From a bacterium (GTDB lineage Bacteria > Patescibacteriota > Minisyncoccia > Phycocordibacterales > Phycocordibacteraceae): 64,000 nucleotides of DNA. Under the pieces are notes generated by a model that saw only the letters and a program-made list of their open reading frames with translations, was not told the origin of the DNA and ran no database searches. The DNA is taken from positions 94,494-158,493 of the forward strand of contig JAKBHL010000011.1 in assembly GCA_021836725.1 (NCBI GenBank), given 5' to 3'. The translations under genes and the position numbers were made by a program. The first letter of the stretch is position 1. Every line of letters begins with the position of its first letter. Shown piece after piece: positions 38,869-50,712 of this stretch.

Positions 38869-39416
38869 ACAACCGCATCCTGCCGCTCCTCGCGCTTTTT
38901 GTCTCCATCGGTATCTTCTTCGGTTACGTTCATCCGGCCTGGACCGGCGGGATAGCCAGTACGCAAGCCGCTATCGCTTCCGATAACCAGGCACTTGCCG
39001 CGGCAAGCGCCTATGCCGCGCAACAGAACACGCTCATCGCCGCGCGTAACGCGATAGATCCGGCGGATCTCACGCGGCTTGCAACCCTTCTGCCCGATTC
39101 TGTCGACAATGTCGGCATCATCCTCGACCTGAATGCACTCGCCGCGCGTTCCGGGCTCTCGCTTTCCAATATCGACGTCAGGAGCGCAACGAATTCTTCC
39201 GGCGCCGCAGGTGGCGCGGTGCCGTCTTCCGCAAATCCGGTGGGTTCGGTCGATCTCTCCCTTTCCGCGTCCGGGACCTATGCCGCATTCCAGGCGTTTC
39301 TGAGCGGGGTCGAGGCGAGTCAGCGTCTTCTCGATGTCCGCGATCTCCTCGTAAAGGGATCCGATACCGGCATTTATACCTATCAAATGACGCTGCGCCT
39401 CTATTGGCTGCGCTAA
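38865..39416 (+). CDS. pilO: PilO-like pilus assembly protein
   Basis: N-terminal TM, coiled-coil, context after PilN. Confidence 0.55.
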   Translation: MNNRILPLLALFVSIGIFFGYVHPAWTGGIASTQAAIASDNQALAAASAYAAQQNTLIAARNAIDPADLTRLATLLPDSVDNVGIILDLNALAARSGLSLSNIDVRSATNSSGAAGGAVPSSANPVGSVDLSLSASGTYAAFQAFLSGVEASQRLLDVRDLLVKGSDTGIYTYQMTLRLYWLR

Positions 39417-39724
39417 CCCCTATGAAACTTAATTCCAATACCGTCATCATAATCGTTGTCGCGCTCATCGCCGCGGCGGGCGCGTACTGGTATTTCTTCA
39501 CCGGAACGGGGAATCAGCCGCCGATCTCAGTAAGCACGTCGAAGAGCGAGGCGCAGACGCGTTTCCAGGTTCTCGTCAATGAGCTTCAACCGATCTCCTT
39601 CAATACCAGCATCTTTTCGGACCCGCGTTTCAACGCCCTGGTCGATCTTACGACGCCAATTTCTCCGGAATCCACCGGCCGCTCCGATCCGTTCGCTCCG
39701 ATTGCAGGCGTCAGCGGGATGTGA
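39404..39724 (+). CDS. Small bitopic membrane protein (PilP-like position), hypothetical
   Basis: Single TM; location between pilO and pilB. Confidence 0.45.
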   Translation: MAALTPMKLNSNTVIIIVVALIAAAGAYWYFFTGTGNQPPISVSTSKSEAQTRFQVLVNELQPISFNTSIFSDPRFNALVDLTTPISPESTGRSDPFAPIAGVSGM

Positions 39725-39739
39725 GCGGAATAATGAGTA

Positions 39740-41512
39740 ATGAATCTTCTCGGACTGCTTCTTGATAAAGGGCTCCTCTCTTCGACCGACCGAGCGGCAG
39801 TCGAAGCCGCGCTCGCAAAAAAAATCCCTCTGGAGAATGCGCTCGCCGAGCACGGCATCTCTCTCAAAGACGCGCTTGCCGCCGCGGGAGAAGCATATGG
39901 GCTTCCGACGCGCATACTCGGCGATCCTCCCGCAGCCGAAGAAGCGTTCAGCTATATCCCGATAGACTCCGCGCGCCACTACGGATTCGTACCGCTCGAC
40001 GTAGTGGACGGCGCGCTTGAAGTGGGTATCACCGATCCCGACAACATCGAAGCGCTCGACGCGTTGCAGTTCATTTCGGGACAGACCGGCGTTCCCTACA
40101 AGACTTTTCTTATCACGAAACAGGATTTTGACCGCGTATTGAATGCGTACCAAAATCTTTCGGGCGAGATTGGCAGCGCGCTTTCCGAATATGAGACGAC
40201 CACGAAACCCGCTCCTGCTGCCGCGCCCGCCCCGTCCGAATCGGACTCCGCCCTCGACGAAAAGCCGCTGGTCCTCACGGGTGCTCATGAGGTTTTGAAA
40301 GAGGACGCGCCGGTGACAAAAATCGTCTCGACGATATTGCGCTATGCCATTGAGGGACACGCATCCGACATTCACATCGAACCGTCGCCGGGCAAGACGC
40401 GCGTTCGTTTCCGCACCGATGGGGATCTGCACACGTCTTTGGAGCTTCCGGCGAAAATGCACGAAGCGGTGATCGCCCGGGTGAAGATACTCGCGAAGCT
40501 GCGCCTCGACGAGAAAAGAAAGCCGCAGGACGGACGTTTCTCGGCAGTTGTCGAGAAACGCCGTATTGATTTCCGCGTCTCCACCTTTCCGACAGAATTC
40601 GGCGAAAAGGTCGTGATGCGTATTCTCGATCAATCGGCTACCACCGCGTCCCTGGAGTCGATCGGGCTTACCGAGGAGCAGCTCGCCGTAGTCCGCGGCA
40701 TGATGAAAGTCCCGTACGGCATCATCCTCATCGCCGGACCGACCGGTTCGGGAAAATCAACGACGCTTTTCGCGATGCTCTCCGAACTTGATCGCGAGAC
40801 CGCAAACGTCGTCTCGCTCGAAGACCCTGTCGAATACGAGATCCCCGGCGTCGCGCAGAGCCAAGTGCGCCCCGAAATAGGCTATACGTTCGCGAGCGGG
40901 CTCCGTTCCGTCTTGCGCCAGGACCCGGACGTCATCATGGTCGGGGAGATCCGCGATAAAGAGACCGCCGCGCTTGCCGTCCAAGCGGCGCTCACCGGCC
41001 ACCTCGTTTTCTCCACCATCCATACCAATACCGCCGCCGGCGCGATACCGAGGCTCATCGACATGGGCGTCGATCCCTTCCTTGTCGCGCCGACGTTGGT
41101 CGCGGTCATCGGCCAACGCCTTGTGCAAAAACTCTGTACGGGCGCGGGCAAGCCTTTTGCGATTACGGACAGCGTTAAAGAGTTTTTGGATCGGCAATTT
41201 GCGGATCTACCGCAGGAGTACCGCAAAAAATTGCCTCCTTTCAAGGAGTTTTATCACGCCAGCCCGACGGCGGAGTGTCCGAACGGTACGCGCGGGCGCA
41301 TGGCCGTCTTCGAAATACTGCGTATGGACAAGAAGATCGAACAGGTCGTGTTGAAAGCGCCGGTCGAGGAAAATATCTACGCCGCCGCACGCCTGGGCGG
41401 CATGCTCACGATGCGTGAAGACGCCATCGTAAAAGCGCTCGCGGGCGAGATTCCTTTCGAGGAGGTGAATACGCTCGGCGGAGAACTCTTCTCGGCAGGG
41501 GATAGTGCCTGA
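39740..41512 (+). CDS. pilB: Type IV pilus assembly ATPase PilB/GspE family
   Basis: Walker A GPTGSGKST, Asp box, His box, N-terminal GSPII domains; Zn motif reduced to 2 Cys. Confidence 0.92.
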   Translation: MNLLGLLLDKGLLSSTDRAAVEAALAKKIPLENALAEHGISLKDALAAAGEAYGLPTRILGDPPAAEEAFSYIPIDSARHYGFVPLDVVDGALEVGITDPDNIEALDALQFISGQTGVPYKTFLITKQDFDRVLNAYQNLSGEIGSALSEYETTTKPAPAAAPAPSESDSALDEKPLVLTGAHEVLKEDAPVTKIVSTILRYAIEGHASDIHIEPSPGKTRVRFRTDGDLHTSLELPAKMHEAVIARVKILAKLRLDEKRKPQDGRFSAVVEKRRIDFRVSTFPTEFGEKVVMRILDQSATTASLESIGLTEEQLAVVRGMMKVPYGIILIAGPTGSGKSTTLFAMLSELDRETANVVSLEDPVEYEIPGVAQSQVRPEIGYTFASGLRSVLRQDPDVIMVGEIRDKETAALAVQAALTGHLVFSTIHTNTAAGAIPRLIDMGVDPFLVAPTLVAVIGQRLVQKLCTGAGKPFAITDSVKEFLDRQFADLPQEYRKKLPPFKEFYHASPTAECPNGTRGRMAVFEILRMDKKIEQVVLKAPVEENIYAAARLGGMLTMREDAIVKALAGEIPFEEVNTLGGELFSAGDSA

Positions 41513-41538
41513 TACGCATGCGGTATACTGATTAGCAT

Positions 41539-41946
41539 ATGGCATACCGCGTGTATCTCGTTGACGATGACAGGTTCCTGCTTGATCTCTATGCCGTTAA
41601 GTTCAAGAATGCCGGTCACGAAGTGAGCGCGTTTGGCGGCGGCGAAGATCTCCTCGCTGCGCTGCGCAAAGAAGGCGCGGTCACGCCCGACGCGATCCTG
41701 CTCGACATCATCATGCCCGGCATGAACGGTTTTGAAACGCTTGAAACGATACGAAAGGAAGGTCTCGCAAAGGGTGCGAAGATAATCATCCTCTCAAATC
41801 AAGGCCAAGATTCTGACTTCGAGAAATCAAAAGAACTCGTCGCGGACGGTTACATCATAAAGGCGTCCGCTATCCCTTCCGAAGTGCTTGCAGAGACCGT
41901 GCGCATCATCGAAGCGGGCGCATCCCGCGCGGAAGAGTCCCGTTGA
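41539..41946 (+). CDS. Stand-alone response-regulator receiver (CheY-like) domain
   Basis: VYLVDDDRFLL...LLDIIMPGMNG...KIIILSN conserved REC residues. Confidence 0.85.
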   Translation: MAYRVYLVDDDRFLLDLYAVKFKNAGHEVSAFGGGEDLLAALRKEGAVTPDAILLDIIMPGMNGFETLETIRKEGLAKGAKIIILSNQGQDSDFEKSKELVADGYIIKASAIPSEVLAETVRIIEAGASRAEESR

Positions 41947-41950
41947 TCGT

Positions 41951-43012
41951 ATGGCTGCCGAAAAACGTCTCGAAGAACTTCTCAATATCGTTGTCACCGA
42001 AGGCGGTTCCGACTTGCATCTTTTTGCCGGCGGATCGCCGGTGATTCGCGTTTCCAGCACGTTGATTCCTCTTACTAAGTATCCCGCATTTACCGCCGAG
42101 GAGACCGAAGCGATGCTCAAGAGCATCGTGCCGCCGGAGCGATGGGATTCATTCGAGAAGAATCAGACCATCGACCTGTCCTATGCGTACCGGGCGGACA
42201 TGCGCTTCCGCGTGAACGGCTACCGCGTGCAGGGGGGGACCGCCCTTGCGTTCCGGCTCATACCGCATGCTGTCCGCACGTTTACCGAACTCAATCTGCC
42301 TTCCGTGCTCGAAGTCTTTACGCAGCGCGAACAGGGGTTCTTCCTCGTGGTGGGGCCGGTGGGGCAGGGCAAATCAACGACGCTCGCCGCGATGATAAAC
42401 CGCATCAATGATTCGCGCGCCGAGCACATCCTCACCATCGAGGATCCGGTTGAATACCTTTTTACGCCGAAAAAATCCCTCATCCATCAGCGCGAAGTCC
42501 ATATCGATGCGCCGGATTTCGGCACGGCGCTCCAGAGCGCTTTCCGCGAGGACGTCGACGTGATCATGGTCGGCGAGATGCGCGATTACGAGACCATCTC
42601 TTCGGCGGTGACCGCTGCTGAGACCGGCCACCTGGTCTTTTCCACCCTCCATACCAACAACGCCGCGCAGACCATTGATCGCATCATCGACATGTTCCCG
42701 TCCGAACAGCAGGGGCAGGTTCGGGTGCAGCTGGCCGGTTCTCTCGCGGGTATTTTCTCCCAACGGCTCATTCCGCGGGTGTCCGGCGGGCTTATCCCGG
42801 CATACGAACTCCTGATTAATAACAACGCAGTGGCGAACCTTATCCGGGAAGCGCAGACTCACGAGATAAGCGCGGTCATCCAAACTTCTTCGCAGGAGGG
42901 CATGATCGACCTTGATCGCATGCTTGCGGATCTCGTGCATCGGGGCGAAGTGACAGTCGAGCACGCCTACGAACACGCGATGGATCCGAAAACTTTTGAA
43001 CGCTATCTCTAA
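41951..43012 (+). CDS. pilT: Twitching-motility retraction ATPase PilT
   Basis: GPVGQGKSTTLAAMI Walker A, PilT-type AIRNLIRE-like motif (AVANLIREAQ). Confidence 0.9.
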   Translation: MAAEKRLEELLNIVVTEGGSDLHLFAGGSPVIRVSSTLIPLTKYPAFTAEETEAMLKSIVPPERWDSFEKNQTIDLSYAYRADMRFRVNGYRVQGGTALAFRLIPHAVRTFTELNLPSVLEVFTQREQGFFLVVGPVGQGKSTTLAAMINRINDSRAEHILTIEDPVEYLFTPKKSLIHQREVHIDAPDFGTALQSAFREDVDVIMVGEMRDYETISSAVTAAETGHLVFSTLHTNNAAQTIDRIIDMFPSEQQGQVRVQLAGSLAGIFSQRLIPRVSGGLIPAYELLINNNAVANLIREAQTHEISAVIQTSSQEGMIDLDRMLADLVHRGEVTVEHAYEHAMDPKTFERYL

Positions 43013-44222
43013 AACTATGCTCTTCAAATACCGAGCGATCGACCAGGACGGGCACGAACGGGAGGGAACCATAGAAGCTCCTTCCCAGGAGGTCGCAGTC
43101 TCTTCGCTTCAGCGGCGCAATCTCATCATATCGGTCATCGAGTCTTCGGAAAAACATTCATTACTGGAGCTTGAAATCCCGATGTTCAACCGGATTTCAA
43201 ACAAAGAAATAGTCATCCTTTCGCGTCAGATATCAACCCTATTTGAAGCGCAGGTCTCCGCGCTGCGCGTCTTCCGCCTCCTCGCCGCCGAAGTCGACAA
43301 TAAAAAACTCGCAACCGTTCTTTCCACAGTCGGCGATGATATCCAGGGCGGAAGCCCGATAAGCAAAGCGCTCGCGCGCCACCCGAAAGTCTTCGCGCCG
43401 TTCTATGTAAACATGGTCCGTGCGGGAGAGGAGTCGGGCAAATTATCGGAAACGTTCATCTACCTCGCCGACTACCTTGACCGCTCCTACGACGTCATGA
43501 GCAAGGCAGAGAATGCGCTCATCTATCCCGCATTCGTCATCGCGGTCTTCTTCGGCGTGATGGCGCTCATGCTCACGCTCGTCATCCCGAAAATAAGCGC
43601 CGTCCTCATCGATTCTGGACAACCTGTGCCGCTCTATACCCGTATTGTCATCGGCTTCTCTGATTTCCTTGTTAACTACGGCATCTTCCTGCTCATCGCG
43701 CTCATCGCGCTCGGTTTCTACGTGTGGCAGCTCGGAAAGACCGAGCGCGGCAAGCTCATTCTCGACGGCCTGAAGATTTCGGTACCCTATGTCGGCGATC
43801 TCTACAAAAAACTCTATCTCGCGCGCATCGCGGACAATTTCTCCACCATGCTCATTTCCGGCGTCTCGGTCGTCCAAGCGCTCGATATCTCGGCGTCCGT
43901 CGTGGGCAATTCCGTCTATGCAAAGATACTTTCTGAAGTGACCGCGGATGTGAAAGGGGGTTCCTCGATATCCGATGCTTTCGGCAAGCACCCGGAGATG
44001 CCGGGCATCATGGTCGCAATGACGAAAGTCGGCGAAGAAACCGGCGAGCTCGGGAAAATCCTCATTACGCTTGCCAAATTCTACAACCGCGAAGTGAATA
44101 ATGCGGTCGACACGCTCGTCGGCCTCATCGAACCGATCATGATCGTCCTTTTGGGCGTGGGCGTGGGTACGCTCTTGGCCGCAGTTTTGCTCCCGATTTA
44201 TAATCTTGCCGGAGCCATATAG
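42996..44222 (+). CDS. pilC: Type IV pilus inner-membrane platform protein PilC/GspF
   Basis: Two T2SSF repeats, ~400 aa. Confidence 0.88.
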   Translation: MNAISKTMLFKYRAIDQDGHEREGTIEAPSQEVAVSSLQRRNLIISVIESSEKHSLLELEIPMFNRISNKEIVILSRQISTLFEAQVSALRVFRLLAAEVDNKKLATVLSTVGDDIQGGSPISKALARHPKVFAPFYVNMVRAGEESGKLSETFIYLADYLDRSYDVMSKAENALIYPAFVIAVFFGVMALMLTLVIPKISAVLIDSGQPVPLYTRIVIGFSDFLVNYGIFLLIALIALGFYVWQLGKTERGKLILDGLKISVPYVGDLYKKLYLARIADNFSTMLISGVSVVQALDISASVVGNSVYAKILSEVTADVKGGSSISDAFGKHPEMPGIMVAMTKVGEETGELGKILITLAKFYNREVNNAVDTLVGLIEPIMIVLLGVGVGTLLAAVLLPIYNLAGAI

Positions 44223-44332
44223 CACGGCCTCAGCCTCGTGCAAAACGGCACTGGAGGGAACTATCCACACCCTCCCCCATATACACGCCCTGCCAGGCGT
44301 ACAATGGTCCTATTAGCCACACACAACATATT

Positions 44333-44788
44333 ATGTACAAAAATCGTTCTCAAGGTTTCACCCTCATCGAACTTCTCGTCGTGATCGCCATCATCGGCAT
44401 CCTCTCGGCGGTCGTGCTCGCTTCGCTCAACACCGCCCGCCAGAAAGGCAACGATGCCGCCATCCAATCCGACCTCTCGACCATCCAGACTCAGGCCGAG
44501 ATCTACTACGGCGGCGCGGGCAACAACAGCTACGGAACAGTGGCCGGTAGCGCTTGCAATACGGCAAGTACGCTCTTTGCCGATGCGACGATCATAAAAG
44601 CGGTCAATGGCGCTCAGAATGCTGCTGGCACCTCCAATCCGCTTGTCTGTGGTAATTCCACTTCGGCCTATGCGGTTGAAGCGAAACTCACCGCTCCGGC
44701 GACAGCGACGTACTGGTGCGTCGACTCGACCGGCACCGCGAAGCAGGAGACTACGGCATCTGCCGCCGGCTTCACGGTCTGTCCGTAA
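44333..44788 (+). CDS. Type IV pilin (major pilin candidate), paralog 1
   Basis: QGFTLIELLVVIAIIGILSAVVLASLNTARQKG N-terminus. Confidence 0.88.
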   Translation: MYKNRSQGFTLIELLVVIAIIGILSAVVLASLNTARQKGNDAAIQSDLSTIQTQAEIYYGGAGNNSYGTVAGSACNTASTLFADATIIKAVNGAQNAAGTSNPLVCGNSTSAYAVEAKLTAPATATYWCVDSTGTAKQETTASAAGFTVCP

Positions 44789-44819
44789 TTTCCCGTCATT
44801 TATCCCAATCAAATAACTT

Positions 44820-45272
44820 ATGAAAGTACAAAGGCAACGCGGTTTCACCCTCATCGAACTTCTCGTCGTGATCGCCATCATCGGCATCCTCTCGGCGGTC
44901 GTGCTCGCTTCGCTCAACACCGCCCGCCAGAAAGGCAACGATGCCGCCATCCAATCCGACCTCTCGACCATCCAGACTCAGGCCGAGATCTACTACGGCG
45001 GCGCGGGCAACAACAGCTATGGCGCAGCTCAATCGGCTTCCTGTGCCGCGACGACGGGCACCCTCTGGTCGGATCCGACGATCGTCAAGGCCGTTACAGG
45101 CGCTCAGAACGCCTCGGGTGCGGCTGCAAATGTTGTATGTAATAGCACGGCGACCGCCTATGCGATATCGGCTCAGTTGACAGCAGTAAGCGGTACGTGG
45201 TGGTGCGTCGACTCGACCGGCACGGCGAAGCAAGAAACTGCTGCCCTCGGCACTCTCACGGCCTGTCAGTAA
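44820..45272 (+). CDS. Type IV pilin, paralog 2 (5' 179 nt identical to paralog 1)
   Basis: nt 44841-45019 identical to 44354-44532; C-terminal halves diverge. Confidence 0.88.
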   Translation: MKVQRQRGFTLIELLVVIAIIGILSAVVLASLNTARQKGNDAAIQSDLSTIQTQAEIYYGGAGNNSYGAAQSASCAATTGTLWSDPTIVKAVTGAQNASGAAANVVCNSTATAYAISAQLTAVSGTWWCVDSTGTAKQETAALGTLTACQ

Positions 45273-45335
45273 GTCTTTTCGGTGCGCACGTAAGAAGCCC
45301 GCGGCACAGCCGCGGGCTTCTGTTATGATGCGTGC

Positions 45336-46097
45336 ATGCTTTTTCTCCTCACGATCCTATTTTTTGCGCTCGGGGCTATCGTGGCAAGTTTCGTCGGAGT
45401 ACTTGTCGCGCGCCTCAATACCGGTCAGAGTTTTCTTATCGGGCGTTCTCGTTGCGACACGTGCGGCGCGCCGCTTTCGCCGTTCTCACTCATTCCGATC
45501 ATCTCATACGTCGCGCTTGGCGCCCGCGCGCGCTGCTGCGGCGCACGCCTCTCATTCTTCGCGCCTCTCATGGAATTGCTCTTGGGAGGGCTTTTCGCAC
45601 TCGCGTATCTCAAGATCGGTTTTACCGCCGCGCTGCCGTTTATGCTTTTTTCGCTCTCGACGCTCCTCGCGCTCGTCCTCTACGACCTTGCTCACCAAAT
45701 ACTCCCGTCCGTGCTCCTCGGAGCATTCGTCCTTGCGAGCGCTTGCGCGGGATTTTTACCAGCGGAGGATATGAGCGCATTCGGCGTCTCGCTCATGGTC
45801 GCCGGCGCGTTTGCGCTCTTTCTGGCGCTCATCAACCTCCTCTCGCGCGGGCGGGCGATGGGGCTCGCCGACGCGCCGTTTGTGTTCGGACTCGCGCTTC
45901 TGACGGGCCCCGCCGCGCCCGCCGGTTTCATCTCATCGTTTTGGATCGGTGCGGTTATAGGGATAATCGTGTTGGCACGGAGACCGCGAGGTTCTAGAAT
46001 GGGAGTTGAGGTACCGTTTGCGCCTTTCCTCGCCGCCGGTTTCCTCCTCATGTACTTTACTCAATGGAACCCTCTCATCATCGCGGCTTTACGCTGA
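45336..46097 (+). CDS. pilD: Prepilin peptidase (A24 family) PilD
   Basis: N-terminal CDTC...CC zinc-binding region, 6-8 TM helices, conserved Asp-containing loops. Confidence 0.85.
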   Translation: MLFLLTILFFALGAIVASFVGVLVARLNTGQSFLIGRSRCDTCGAPLSPFSLIPIISYVALGARARCCGARLSFFAPLMELLLGGLFALAYLKIGFTAALPFMLFSLSTLLALVLYDLAHQILPSVLLGAFVLASACAGFLPAEDMSAFGVSLMVAGAFALFLALINLLSRGRAMGLADAPFVFGLALLTGPAAPAGFISSFWIGAVIGIIVLARRPRGSRMGVEVPFAPFLAAGFLLMYFTQWNPLIIAALR

Positions 46098-46729
46098 TCG
46101 AACTTCTGGTCGTGTTGGCGATCATGGTCATCCTCACCGCGGTCGTGCTGACCAGCCAAAGCTCTTTCAATAAGACACTCATCCTTGCGAATACCGCATA
46201 CGATGTGGCGCTCACCCTGCGCAGCGCCGAGACCTATGGCCTGGGCAATCGCGTGGCCGGGACCGTAGAAAACGCAGGATACGGCCTCGATTTCCAAAAA
46301 GCGACGCCGGGTTCCTTCACGCTTTTTGCCGATACGTACCCGCCGCCCTCCTCCACAAGCTGTCACCCGACCACCGACCCGACGGCCCCGAACGCCCGCC
46401 CGGGCGACTGCGTGTATGAGGCGAATCAGGGCGAGAAGGTCACCGGTTATACGCTCGGGAATGGCATTACGGTGAGCGATTTTTGCGCCTATACGCCGAA
46501 CACGCTGTCGTGGTCGTGCGCGAATTCCGGTAATCAGGCGCTCACGGTACTCGATATCATTTTCTCGCGCCCGAATCCCGATCCGTTCATGAGCGTAAAC
46601 GGCGCTTATTCGGCATCGTCTCCGGTAACGCAAGCGTGCCTCACCCTTTCCTCTCCGCAGGGCGGCTCGCGCTTCATTTCAGTCGGCGCGTCGGGAGAGA
46701 TAAACGCGACCGCCACCTCATGCCCATGA
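46064..46729 (+). CDS. Pseudopilin/minor pilin with prepilin motif
   Basis: RGFTLIELLVVLAIMVIL N-terminus. Confidence 0.75.
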   Translation: MEPSHHRGFTLIELLVVLAIMVILTAVVLTSQSSFNKTLILANTAYDVALTLRSAETYGLGNRVAGTVENAGYGLDFQKATPGSFTLFADTYPPPSSTSCHPTTDPTAPNARPGDCVYEANQGEKVTGYTLGNGITVSDFCAYTPNTLSWSCANSGNQALTVLDIIFSRPNPDPFMSVNGAYSASSPVTQACLTLSSPQGGSRFISVGASGEINATATSCP

Positions 46730-47244
46730 CCCGCTCCAGAGGATACACGCTCATCGAACTCATCGTCGCGATGGGGCTCTTTTCGCTCATCATGCTGCTG
46801 GCTTCGGGCGCCTACCTCATTCTGATAGGCGCCAACCGGCAAGCGCAGGCCATTTCCACCGGTATCGACAATCTTTCTTTCGCTCTTGAAAGCATGACGC
46901 GCAGCATCCGTACCGGCACGAACTATAACTGCGGCGGCCTGGGCGATTGTCCGAGTGGCGCCAGCAGTTTTTCTGTCGTGGACGATAACGGCGCGTCGGT
47001 CACGTATAGCCTTGTCGGATCCGCGATTCAAAAAATGACGGGCAATACGGCGAGCACGCTCACCGACCCGTCAGTGACTATCTCGTCCTTGACGTTCTAT
47101 GCGTTTGGCACGCATCCGGCGCCGACCGATTACCAGCAAGCGCGCGTTACCATCATCGTTTCAGGCACCGTCTCCTCCGGCCCGGGGAAAACGGAACCGT
47201 TTACGATTGAAACCGGCGCGACAATGCGCGGATCCGATATATGA
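46720..47244 (+). CDS. Pseudopilin/minor pilin (GspJ/PilW-like)
   Basis: RGYTLIELIVAMGLFSLIML N-terminus; internal start within longer ORF. Confidence 0.7.
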   Translation: MPMTRSRGYTLIELIVAMGLFSLIMLLASGAYLILIGANRQAQAISTGIDNLSFALESMTRSIRTGTNYNCGGLGDCPSGASSFSVVDDNGASVTYSLVGSAIQKMTGNTASTLTDPSVTISSLTFYAFGTHPAPTDYQQARVTIIVSGTVSSGPGKTEPFTIETGATMRGSDI

Positions 47245-48005
47245 AAACATTCCACGAGCCTGAAACTCACCCCGACTCCCCGCTCGGGTATGCGACAGAA
47301 AGGAGTACGCCGTCTTTTTGTGCTCAAAAAGCGGCTCGTACTCGCCCCGTCGGGCTCCGTAAGCCTCTTTCTGCCGCATACCTCTCGCGGGGATGCGAGA
47401 GGTTAGAAGCGGGTCTCGGAGAGCGAAGCCAGCTTCGCGGCTTCACGCTCATCGAAGCCATGATCGCCGTAAGCATCCTCGCGCTTGCGGTCGCGGGGCC
47501 TCTGTTCGGCGCGGATCGCGCTATCGTCGCCGCGGAGGGCGCGCGCTACCAGCTCACCGCTTCCTATCTCGCGCAAGAAGGCGTCGAGTACGTGCGCGCG
47601 ATGCGCGATGATGAGTATCTCCTCGCATATCAGGCGGGCGGCACAAACACCTCAAGCGCCGCCTGGACCGACTTCCTTACCGGAACGGACAGCGCGGCCA
47701 TCACCCAATGCCGTTCAATGACCTGCACGCTCGATCCGGCGCTTCCGATGGGCACCGGAAGCGGATTCTCGCTCAACCCCTGTACCGGCAGCGCCTGCAC
47801 GCCGCTCTATCTCGCAAACAACGGTACTACGAACTACTACACCGAGCAGAGCGGCAATGGCGCGATACTACAGCCGTTCACGCGCACGATACAAGCGTTT
47901 ACGGTCTCTTCCACCGAGGAGCGCATCGTCTCGATCGTGTCGTGGAATTTCCATGGTATCCCGTACACAGTTACGGTGATAGACCACCTTACGTCATGGC
48001 AATGA
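47241..48005 (+). CDS. Pseudopilin with prepilin motif; only in-frame start (47241) lies upstream of the MITE, giving a ~65-aa leader read through the element
   Basis: ...LRGFTLIEAMIAVSILALAV prepilin motif at aa ~60; no in-frame ATG/GTG/TTG between MITE and motif. Confidence 0.55.
   Translation: MKTFHEPETHPDSPLGYATERSTPSFCAQKAARTRPVGLRKPLSAAYLSRGCERLEAGLGERSQLRGFTLIEAMIAVSILALAVAGPLFGADRAIVAAEGARYQLTASYLAQEGVEYVRAMRDDEYLLAYQAGGTNTSSAAWTDFLTGTDSAAITQCRSMTCTLDPALPMGTGSGFSLNPCTGSACTPLYLANNGTTNYYTEQSGNGAILQPFTRTIQAFTVSSTEERIVSIVSWNFHGIPYTVTVIDHLTSWQ
47262..47418. mobile_element. MITE-like palindromic repeat, copy 7 (inside the 5' end of the next pseudopilin ORF)
   Basis: CCCCGCTCGGGTATGCGACAGAAAGGAGTACGCC...CTTTCTGCCGCATACCTCTCGCGGGG core. 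Confidence 0.8.
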
Positions 48006-48520
48006 AAAACAAAAATGGCCCCGCGCACATACGCCCCTCCGCGTCTCGGCGGGGGTTCGCGCTCCTCATGGCTCTCATTTTCATGTCGGTGATGCTGAGC
48101 ATCGGCCTCACGCTCGGCTCCCTCGCGTACAAACAGCAAGTGCTCGCTTCCTCGGCCATCGAATCGCAGTATGCGTTTTATGCTGCCGACAGCGCGCTTG
48201 AATGCGCCCTCTATGCCGATCAGCAGCAGAATCTCTTCGCCTATCCTCCGACTACGCCCTCCTCGGCTCCGCTCATGTCCTGCGGTTCGAGCGCGCCGGT
48301 CTCTGCAACCGTACTCTCCTATACTCCAAGCCAGTGGATTATCGCCACACGCCTTTCGCTCGATTCGGGGAAGCATTGCGCGGACGTAACGGTCTATAAA
48401 CCGGCGCTTAGCAGCGGCACGACCTATCTCTTCTCGCAGGGCTACGACGTTCCGTGCGCCACGGTAGCAAGTCCCGGAGGAACGCGCTTTGTATCCCGCG
48501 GTATCAGCGCCCATTACTAG
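47990..48520 (+). CDS. PilX_N-domain pilus assembly protein
   Basis: RRGFALLMALIFMSVMLSIGLTLG typical PilX N-terminal domain. Confidence 0.65.
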   Translation, partial: YVMAMKNKNGPAHIRPSASRRGFALLMALIFMSVMLSIGLTLGSLAYKQQVLASSAIESQYAFYAADSALECALYADQQQNLFAYPPTTPSSAPLMSCGSSAPVSATVLSYTPSQWIIATRLSLDSGKHCADVTVYKPALSSGTTYLFSQGYDVPCATVASPGGTRFVSRGISAHY

Positions 48521-48633
48521 AGCACGTTCAAAAACCCCTCATACTGCGTTGCCCTTCTCTCGAAAACACTCACCGTACCCCAAAGTACGCCTCGTGTTTC
48601 CTCGCTCGTGCGCCTTGTCTGAGGGATTTTTGA

Positions 48634-50703
<2,070 letters not shown>

Positions 50704-50712
50704 TAAAGTGCG

